Source of the DNA: an uncultured Verrucomicrobia subdivision 3 bacterium
Lineage (GTDB): Bacteria > Verrucomicrobiota > Verrucomicrobiia > Limisphaerales > UBA8199
Reading direction: 5' to 3'
Assembly (NCBI GenBank): GCA_903913865.1
Contig: CAIWMU010000098.1
Location: forward strand, 6,696-70,695
Length of the DNA: 64,000 nucleotides
Positions 8,875 to 15,787 of the stretch are shown here, piece after piece. The notes below the pieces were generated by a model. The model had not been told where the DNA came from. It worked only from the letters and a program-made list of their open reading frames with translations, and made no database searches. Position numbers and translations under genes: made by a program. Positions within the stretch are counted from its first letter, which is position 1; each line of letters starts with the position of its first letter.

Positions 8875-10761
8875 TCAGGCTTCCTGGCCGATCGAAGCAA
8901 GTTCCTGCCATCGATCGTAGAGCCGTGCGATCTCCGCTTTTCCAGTCTCAAGTTCTTTGACGAGAGTGGGGGTTTCCCGGGAGCGGGTGGCGTGGAATGT
9001 GGGATCGTTCAAGGTTGCTTCCACTTCGGCGACGCGGTTTTCAAGCTTCAGAATGGCATCTTCCATTCCCTCCAACTCGCGCTGCTCTTTGAAACTGAGC
9101 TTCCTGGGCCTTGCGGATTTTGTCTTTCCGGCTGCGGGTTGGGCTGTAGCCGTGATGGCGGGGATGCGGAAGCTGGATTTCCGGGCGTCCCGCTCTTTTT
9201 TCTTCTCAAGATAGTAGGAGTAGTTGCCTGGTTGAACAAAAACTCCGTCATCCTCAAAGGCGACGATTTGGTCGCAGATCCGATCCAGAAAATAGCGGTC
9301 GTGGCTGACCACCAGCACGGCGCCATCGAAGTCAGCCAGCGACTCCTCAAGCATTCGCAGGCTGGGCAGGTCGAGATCGTTTGTGGGTTCGTCCAGCACC
9401 AGAACGTTGCCGCCCCGGCGCAGCACTTTTGCCAGCATCAGGCGGGCTCTCTCGCCGCCCGAGAGTTGCGAAATCGGCTCGTTCAACCGTTCATCGGCAA
9501 AGAGAAAACGGCGCAGGTAGGAGCGGGCGCTGATGCGCTGCTCCCCGAACAGCACGGAATCGCTTCCCTCGGATATTTCCGCCATCACGGTCCGCGAGTG
9601 GTCCAGTTGCATGCGGGCCTGGTCAATGTAGTTGAACACAGCCTTCTTGCCGATTTTGATCAGTCCTTCCTGGGGTTGGCGCTCACCCAGGCAGATGCGC
9701 AGAAGGGTCGTTTTTCCCACTCCGTTGCGTCCGATCACACCCGTGCATTGGCCAGGCCTCAGGGCAACCGTCATGGAACGGAAAAGCCAGCGCGGATCGG
9801 CGGGATCCCCCACGTTTGCCCCGGCATCGACCAGTTCCAAAGCCAGATCGCCCAACTCAGGGGGCGGCGGAATGAGCAGGTCCATCTCCCGTTCCTCAGG
9901 GGGGGCTTCCAGGCCTTTGACCTGATAAAACGATTCCAGACGGTGCCGGGGTTTGGATCGCTGGGCGCGCACTCCGGCGCGAACCCAATCGAGTTCCTCC
10001 CGGAGAAACCGCTGGCGCCTGCGCTCGGACTGCTCCGCGATGGTCTGGCGGATCGCCTTGGATTCGAGATAGGCGGTGTAGTTGCCCGGATGGGAGAAAC
10101 AGCGGCCATCCGCCAGTTCGATGATCCGGGTTGCTATGACATCCAGAAAATAGCGGTCATGAGTTACAAATATGACCGCTCCCGGGAATTCGCTGAGGAA
10201 CTCCTCCAGCCAGAGAATGGACTCGGCATCGAGATGGTTCGTCGGTTCGTCCAACAGGAGCAGGTCAGGCTGGGAAACCAGGGCCCTGCAGAGGGCGACG
10301 CGCCGCTTTTCCCCACCGGACAGGCTTGCGACAGGTGTATCGAGACTTGGTGCGTAGAGTGCCGAGACTGAGGCCTTGATGCGGGCCTGAAGGTTCCAGC
10401 CATCGGCCGTTTCGATCTGGTTTTGCAGGATCGCCATCTGGGCATCACTGCACTCTCCCGACTCATACCGGCGAAGCCATTCCAGCAGATCGGCCGCTCC
10501 GGCCTCAATGTTCTGTCCAACGGTGCGGGTTGTATCCAGTTCGAATTCCTGAGGGAGATAGCCGATCCGGAGCCCCCTGCGGCGTGACACAATCCCGGAA
10601 TACGCTTCCTGATGACCGGCAAGAATCCGTAACAGGCTGGTTTTTCCACAACCGTTGCGCCCTACGAGGCCCACCTTCTCTCCCGGTGCCACGGAAAGGG
10701 TGACCGATTCGAGAAGCGGTTGATGTCCGAAGGCGAGAGCCAGTTCGTTCGCGGTGAGCAT
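8875..10761 (-). CDS. ABC-F family ATPase (Uup-like)
   Basis: Two ABC domains (GRNGCGKT/LSGGE/DEPTNHLD and GRNGVGKT/LSGGE/DEPTNDLD), no TM domain, C-terminal KLSFKEQRELE coiled coil. Confidence 0.93.
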   Translation of the reverse strand: MLTANELALAFGHQPLLESVTLSVAPGEKVGLVGRNGCGKTSLLRILAGHQEAYSGIVSRRRGLRIGYLPQEFELDTTRTVGQNIEAGAADLLEWLRRYESGECSDAQMAILQNQIETADGWNLQARIKASVSALYAPSLDTPVASLSGGEKRRVALCRALVSQPDLLLLDEPTNHLDAESILWLEEFLSEFPGAVIFVTHDRYFLDVIATRIIELADGRCFSHPGNYTAYLESKAIRQTIAEQSERRRQRFLREELDWVRAGVRAQRSKPRHRLESFYQVKGLEAPPEEREMDLLIPPPPELGDLALELVDAGANVGDPADPRWLFRSMTVALRPGQCTGVIGRNGVGKTTLLRICLGERQPQEGLIKIGKKAVFNYIDQARMQLDHSRTVMAEISEGSDSVLFGEQRISARSYLRRFLFADERLNEPISQLSGGERARLMLAKVLRRGGNVLVLDEPTNDLDLPSLRMLEESLADFDGAVLVVSHDRYFLDRICDQIVAFEDDGVFVQPGNYSYYLEKKKERDARKSSFRIPAITATAQPAAGKTKSARPRKLSFKEQRELEGMEDAILKLENRVAEVEATLNDPTFHATRSRETPTLVKELETGKAEIARLYDRWQELASIGQEA

Positions 10762-10779
10762 GAGTCGGATAAACGGAAA

Positions 10780-11532
10780 CTACTTTGGGGGAGCAGACCT
10801 GGCCGGCGGGCCATCAGGCATCACTTCCACCACAGGAACAGGGGCGAGCTGGCGGCGCATGTAAAGGCGGATCATCACCAGATCGGCGATGCCCCGTCCC
10901 AATCGGTTCCAAACCCCATATTTTGACACTCCCGAGGCCCGGGGATGATGCCTGACGGGGACCTCCTTGACCCGGGCACCTCCCCCATGAGCCAGCACCG
11001 GCATGAACCGGTGCAGTCCGTTGAAAGGGGGGAGAAGTGGCAGGATCTCACGCCGGAACACCCGGAGATTGCATCCGGTATCCTTGAAATCGACCTGCAG
11101 GGCCCAGCGCCGGGCCGCGCGGGCGATGCGCGAGGATGCCCTCCGCACAAAATTATCCATCCGCTTGGCCCGCACGCCGCAGACCAGGTCACAATCGGCC
11201 AGTGCCTCCACCATTTGGGGAAAGTCCGCCGGGTCATTCTGGCAATCCCCATCCAAAGTGCAGAGGATCGCGCCCCTGGCATGCCGGAAGCCGGTGAGAA
11301 GGGCTGCGCTCTGGCCTTTGTTCACCTGATGGCGCAATCCGCGAATTCGGGAATCCTGCTGCCGGAGCTGACCGATCTTCTCCCAGGTCCCATCCGAGCT
11401 GTGGTCATCCACGAGCAGGATCTCAAGGCTTCGGTTGCTTTGGGATAAAGCGCTCAGAATATCGCGCGTGAGGGGCGCGACATTATCAACCTCATTGTAA
11501 AGAGGAACGATGACGGAAAAATCCATGAGCAT
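10780..11532 (-). CDS. glycosyltransferase family 2 (ArnC/DPM1-like)
   Basis: SVIVPLYNE, VDDHSSDGT, NKGQSAA, LDGDCQNDP, DTGC, LHRF; start trimmed from 11679 because the longer ORF overlaps the tRNA. Confidence 0.92.
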   Translation of the reverse strand: MLMDFSVIVPLYNEVDNVAPLTRDILSALSQSNRSLEILLVDDHSSDGTWEKIGQLRQQDSRIRGLRHQVNKGQSAALLTGFRHARGAILCTLDGDCQNDPADFPQMVEALADCDLVCGVRAKRMDNFVRRASSRIARAARRWALQVDFKDTGCNLRVFRREILPLLPPFNGLHRFMPVLAHGGGARVKEVPVRHHPRASGVSKYGVWNRLGRGIADLVMIRLYMRRQLAPVPVVEVMPDGPPARSAPPK

Positions 11533-11637
11533 GCCGTGTTGGCTCCGTGTATTGAACCCTTTTTGCAGGGGTAAAGCAAGCGCTTGGAACCAGGACGGCT
11601 GTGACCACCCGAAGATGGGGTGGTTTGATCGATGAGT

Positions 11638-11722
11638 TGGTGGGCACGACAGGGGTCGAACCTGCAAGGATTTCTCCAAAGGATCCTAAGTCCTTCGCGT
11701 CTGCCAATTCCGCCACGCGCCC
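11638..11722 (-). tRNA. tRNA-Leu(TAG)
   Basis: GGGCGCG/CGTGCCC acceptor stem, D-arm GGCGGAATTGGCAGACGC, anticodon loop CTTAGGA, long variable arm, GGTTCGA T-loop, encoded CCA. Confidence 0.97.
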
Positions 11723-11768
11723 ACTAAAGCCTCATGTTTTCCTACCACCCGTTTGGGAAGAGGGAAAG

Positions 11769-11868
11769 GTTGATTTAGTCCGGTGTGAGAGTTCCGCCAC
11801 CATTGCCGAACCGACGGAAGCGACACGAGGTGCCACACCCGCTGACATCACCCGATGTGCGAATCAAC
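11769..11868 (-). ncRNA. candidate ~100-nt structured RNA (unassigned) upstream of tRNA-Leu
   Basis: Nested helices GUUGAUU/AAUCAAC, GGUGUG/CACACC, UUCCGUC/GGCGGAA plus two side hairpins; the 5' end coincides with the predicted TSS; no family recognised. Confidence 0.35.
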
Positions 11869-11874
11869 GGTTTA

Positions 11875-11902
11875 AGCTTACCAAGGTTCGGGATTGGCGC
11901 AA
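11875..11902 (-). promoter_or_regulatory. putative sigma70 promoter for the RNA candidate / tRNA-Leu
   Basis: Minus strand TTGCGC-16 nt-TAAGCT with TG extension. Confidence 0.5.
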
Positions 11903-11975
11903 GCAGGGGATTTGAGGGTTCAAAGAGGTGGAAATTGGGGTGGATTCGATGAACGCGGTGGTGGTGGTGCGATTC

Positions 11976-12003
11976 ACTGTCAATAGTGAGGACTGACCCC
12001 TTT
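11976..12003. repeat. REP-like half element (one arm of the 13395-13451 palindrome)
   Basis: ACTGTCAATAGTGAGGACTGACCCCTTT is 27/28 identical to the reverse complement of 13395-13422; overlaps the 3' end of the gspB-like gene. Confidence 0.85.
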
Positions 12004-12549
12004 TGGGGTGAGGCGGTTTGTTTGGGTGGGGGTCGCCAGATCGACGCTATCCGGATTGATTTTGACGATGCGCAGTCCCTCGAACGTGTCTCCTATCTGG
12101 ACGGTCTTTCCATTGATGATGGCAGAGGGGTTGCGGGGAGTGTAAAAGATCGCCTGCAGTTTTAGGGGAGAGGGTTCCGGTTTGGCTGGTGCAAGCACAG
12201 GGGCATTGGTGATGGGGGGAGCGGGAGGGGGAGGCGGAATTGGGGAGGGCTTTGTCTCAGCAATAACGGGTTGCACCGGCATAGCTTGGGATTGTGCGGG
12301 GGGAGGGGGAGTTGTCGAAACCGGCAGTGGCTTCTGAACTTCGGGCGGGTGGGCATCCGGGCTGAGTTTCCAGAAGCCGATGATGAGAATGATGCCGAGG
12401 ACCGCGAGGGCTGTTGCCAGAAAACGTAACCAGAACCCGGAGTTGGGTGGTGGCGGTGGTGCAGAGCGAAGCAGCGGCGGGGGCGGGAGATCCCGTTGCT
12501 TTTGTTGCAGGCGCTGAGCTCGCTTGAGAGCGTCGTTGACGAGGCTCAT
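11980..12549 (-). CDS. GspB/ExeB-like proline-rich membrane protein
   Basis: MSLVNDALKRA N-terminus, one TM helix, Pro-rich linker, LKLQAIFY..RNPSAIING..V.IGD C-terminal domain; 4-bp overlap with the exeA-like gene. Confidence 0.7.
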   Translation of the reverse strand: MSLVNDALKRAQRLQQKQRDLPPPPLLRSAPPPPPNSGFWLRFLATALAVLGIILIIGFWKLSPDAHPPEVQKPLPVSTTPPPPAQSQAMPVQPVIAETKPSPIPPPPPAPPITNAPVLAPAKPEPSPLKLQAIFYTPRNPSAIINGKTVQIGDTFEGLRIVKINPDSVDLATPTQTNRLTPKGVSPHY

Positions 12550-13361
12550 GCGCCAATATTTCCTTCAAGCTCGCGAATGGCCTGACCGACCATTCCGAAG
12601 GTGATGCACTGGGAATCATGGACAAAGCCAGCGAGGAGCGATTTGTCGCAAAGCGCGTTAACAAGCCTAGGAATGCCTTTGCTGTATCGATAAATACGCC
12701 AAAGAGCCGGTCCGGTGAAGGAGGGGCTGCCGTTCCCACCGGCGATGTGAATGCGGTGGTGGACATATTGTGACACCTCGGAGGCGGTCAGGGCCGGGAG
12801 ATGGTAGCGGACTGTGATCCGCTGCCGGAGTTGGCGCAGTTTGGGGTTGTTGAGGCGGTCCCTGAGTTCGGGTTGACCCATGAGGACAATCTGAAGGAGT
12901 TTGCGGTTGTCTGTCTCCAGATTCGAAAGAAGGCGAACCTGTTCGAGTAGGTCATCCGTTAGGTCCTGGGCCTCATCAATGATCAAAACGCTATCCTTGC
13001 CGTGCTCGACCTGTTCCAGGAGGAAGGCGTTGATCATGCTGACCGTCTCAAGGCGGTCATGCCCACCAACGGCGAGGCCGAATTCCATGGCGATGGCCTT
13101 CATCAGCTCGTTTGCGCTCATCACCGGGTTGAGGATCAGCGCGGTTGAAAACCGGTCCTCCAGCGCTTCGAGCAGGGCCCTGCAGAGGGTGGTTTTACCC
13201 GCGCCGACTTCGCCGGTCAACTGGACGAACCCCTTGCGCTCGCGAATCCCAAAGAGGAGGTGGTTGAGTGCCTCCCGGTGCTTGACACTGTAAAAAAGAA
13301 ATCCCGGGTTCGGCGTGATGTCGAACGGCGGCTGGGACAGGCCATAGAATTCCAGATACAC
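12546..13361 (-). CDS. ExeA/GspA-family AAA ATPase
   Basis: YLEFYGLSQPPF, Walker A GEVGAGKT, IIDEAQ, LMGQPEL, LRQRI, GIPRLVN; GTG start 13361 chosen. Confidence 0.9.
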   Translation of the reverse strand: MYLEFYGLSQPPFDITPNPGFLFYSVKHREALNHLLFGIRERKGFVQLTGEVGAGKTTLCRALLEALEDRFSTALILNPVMSANELMKAIAMEFGLAVGGHDRLETVSMINAFLLEQVEHGKDSVLIIDEAQDLTDDLLEQVRLLSNLETDNRKLLQIVLMGQPELRDRLNNPKLRQLRQRITVRYHLPALTASEVSQYVHHRIHIAGGNGSPSFTGPALWRIYRYSKGIPRLVNALCDKSLLAGFVHDSQCITFGMVGQAIRELEGNIGA

Positions 13362-13394
13362 GATGGAAAAGGTAGCAGGAACGGTGCCGCTCGG

Positions 13395-13451
13395 AAAGGT
13401 GTCAGTCCTCACTATTGACAGTCACTGTCAAAAGTGAGGACTGACACCTTT
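13395..13451. repeat. 57-bp near-perfect palindrome (REP doublet-like)
   Basis: 28-bp arms AAAGGTGTCAGTCCTCACTATTGACAGT / ACTGTCAAAAGTGAGGACTGACACCTTT, one mismatch, 1-nt centre. Confidence 0.9.
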
Positions 13452-13478
13452 GACAGGAGTGGTGGGGTGGGGTAAAAT
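13450..13478 (+). promoter_or_regulatory. sigma70 promoter of ppk1
   Basis: TTGACA (13450-13455)-17 nt-TAAAAT (13473-13478), near consensus. Confidence 0.7.
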
Positions 13479-13488
13479 TGCTGTTTCT

Positions 13489-15675
13489 GTGGATATCGAC
13501 AAAAACATAAGCGGGTTTGGGCCGAGGGACTTTATCAACCGGGAGTTGAGCTGGCTGGAATTCAACCACCGGGTGTTGGAGGAGGCGGGCGACCGTACGA
13601 ATCCACTTCTGGAGCGGCTCAAGTTTTTTTGCATCACATCATCGAATCTGGACGAATTTTTTGAGGTTCGGGTTGCCGGGTTGAAGCAGCAGATTGAGAG
13701 CGGAGTTCCGGAACGGAGCATGGATGGCCTGAGCCCATCAGAGGTTTTTCGGGTGGTGGCGCGGCGTGTGCGGAGGATGGTGGACGAGCTTTACGCCTGC
13801 TGGCGTGAGGAACTGGAGCCTGCGCTGCGGGCGGCGGGGATGAGCATATTGGACACGGAGGTCTGCGAGCCTGAGGATCGTGAGTGGCTGGAGAGCTACT
13901 ACAGGAACCAGGTGAGACCGGTGCTGACGCCGCTGGCGATTGACCCGGCGCATCCCTTTCCGCAGTTGCTGAACAAGTCGCTGAACCTGATTGTGGAACT
14001 TGAGATGGTCCGTCACGGGGAGTTGACGCGTCACATGGCCGTGGTTCAAATTCCGCGTCTTTTGCCCCGCCTGGTGGAGCTTCCGCGCAACGATGGGCGG
14101 CATGACCATGTTTACCTGGGCCGGTTGATCGGACGGCATCTTGCAGACCTTTTTCCCGGGACGAACCTGCTCGGCTACTGGGCATTCCGGGTGACCCGCA
14201 ACAGTGAGCTATACATCGACGAGGAGGAGGCGGCGAACCTGCTCAAGGCGGTTGAGAACGAACTGCACAATCGACGCCGGGGTGATGCTGTGCGGTTGGA
14301 GATCGAGAAGGGATGCCCGGCAACCATCCGTGATGTCCTTCTCAAGACCCTGCGACTCACCGAGGAGGATCTTTATGTCATAGATGGTCCGCTAAACCCG
14401 GGCAGCCTGATGGCGTTTTATCAGGGGGACCACTCTCCTGAGTTGAGGGATGAGCCGTTTGTAGCCCCCCTGACAAAGGCACTGCGGGACGGGGAGGATC
14501 TTTTTGCCGCCATCCGCGAGCGGGACATTCTTTTGCACCATCCCTACGAGAGTTTCAGTTCGGTGGTTCAGTTTTTGGAGAGGGCGGCGGAGGATCCGGA
14601 TGTGCTGGCGATCAAGCAGACCCTCTATCGCACCGGGGGTGATGCGCGGATTATCGGGGCGCTTGAGAACGCCGTGAAGAAGGGCAAGCAGGTGACTGCG
14701 GTAGTAGAATTGCGGGCACGATTTGATGAGTTGAACAACATCCAGTGGGCGAGGCGACTGGAGGAGAACGGCGTGCATGTGGTTTACGGACTTGTGGGAT
14801 ACAAGATCCACGCCAAGAGCAGCCTTGTGGTGCGGCGGGAGGGGCATCAACTCCGGCGTTACGCCCATCTGGCGACCGGCAATTACAATCCGACCACCGC
14901 GAAACTCTACACAGACATCGGGATCATGACCTGCCGCCCGGAGCTGGGGGAGGATGTCACAAACTTTTTCAACCTTCTGACCGGCATCTGCCAGTTTCAG
15001 AAAATGCGCAAGCTGATCGTGGCGCCGTTCGAGTTGCATGACAAGTTCCTGAGCCTTATCGCACGGGAGGCTGAAAATGCGAAACTGGGTTTGCCTGCAC
15101 GGATCATTGCGAAGGTCAATTCCCTTGCGGAGCGACAGATCATAGAGGCGCTTTACCGGGCCTCCCAGGCAGGGGTGAAGATCGATCTGATCGTGCGGGG
15201 AGTCTGCTCATTGAGGCCCGGAGTGCCGGGGGTGAGCGAGAACATCACCGTGCGAAGCATCGTGGACCGGTTTCTGGAGCACAGTCGGATTTTTTACTTC
15301 GAAAATGCGTGTCGTCCGGAGGTGTTCATCAGCAGCGCGGACTGGCTGCCGAGGAACATGTTCCGCCGGATCGAACTGGCCTTTCCTGTTGAAGACGGGA
15401 ATCTGCGGGAGCGGATCATCAAGGACATTCTCCAGACAACGCTGGCGGACAACACCAAGGCACGCTTTCTGCAGCCGGACGGGACCTACCTCCGGGCCAG
15501 GCCCACATCCGGTGTGGGAGCGCGTCGAAGCCAGGTGGATTTCATGGTGGCGGTGACGGATGCCGGAGAGGTTCCCATTGCTGAACCGCGTCGGGCCAAA
15601 TTGCGCCAGATCAAGGTCAAGCTGATCCGGTCCCCCTTCAAAAAGGGGACGGCTGACCGTCGCGTTGGGGCGTAA
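13489..15675 (+). CDS. ppk1: polyphosphate kinase 1
   Basis: NRELSWLEFN, SNLDEFFEVRVAGL, HPFP, HHPYESF, IKQTLYRT, ARFDE, KIHAK, RFLEHSR; GTG start chosen from promoter position. Confidence 0.97.
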   Translation: MDIDKNISGFGPRDFINRELSWLEFNHRVLEEAGDRTNPLLERLKFFCITSSNLDEFFEVRVAGLKQQIESGVPERSMDGLSPSEVFRVVARRVRRMVDELYACWREELEPALRAAGMSILDTEVCEPEDREWLESYYRNQVRPVLTPLAIDPAHPFPQLLNKSLNLIVELEMVRHGELTRHMAVVQIPRLLPRLVELPRNDGRHDHVYLGRLIGRHLADLFPGTNLLGYWAFRVTRNSELYIDEEEAANLLKAVENELHNRRRGDAVRLEIEKGCPATIRDVLLKTLRLTEEDLYVIDGPLNPGSLMAFYQGDHSPELRDEPFVAPLTKALRDGEDLFAAIRERDILLHHPYESFSSVVQFLERAAEDPDVLAIKQTLYRTGGDARIIGALENAVKKGKQVTAVVELRARFDELNNIQWARRLEENGVHVVYGLVGYKIHAKSSLVVRREGHQLRRYAHLATGNYNPTTAKLYTDIGIMTCRPELGEDVTNFFNLLTGICQFQKMRKLIVAPFELHDKFLSLIAREAENAKLGLPARIIAKVNSLAERQIIEALYRASQAGVKIDLIVRGVCSLRPGVPGVSENITVRSIVDRFLEHSRIFYFENACRPEVFISSADWLPRNMFRRIELAFPVEDGNLRERIIKDILQTTLADNTKARFLQPDGTYLRARPTSGVGARRSQVDFMVAVTDAGEVPIAEPRRAKLRQIKVKLIRSPFKKGTADRRVGA

Positions 15676-15737
15676 AGGCGGCTGGCCAGCCCGTGGGTTT
15701 GGGTCGATTGCGACTTATCATGGCCGTTTTGGGGTCG

Positions 15738-15766
15738 TTGACACCCCCAATGCAGGCTGATAAGGT
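15738..15766 (+). promoter_or_regulatory. sigma70 promoter of ileS
   Basis: TTGACA-17 nt-TAAGGT with TGn extension. Confidence 0.6.
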
Positions 15767-15787
15767 GCGGCTTCTTTATTTTGCGCA

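Noticed and set aside
11492-11716. 74-aa ORF and the N-terminal extension of the GT2 ORF
   Set aside because: Both overlap tRNA-Leu and are translation artefacts
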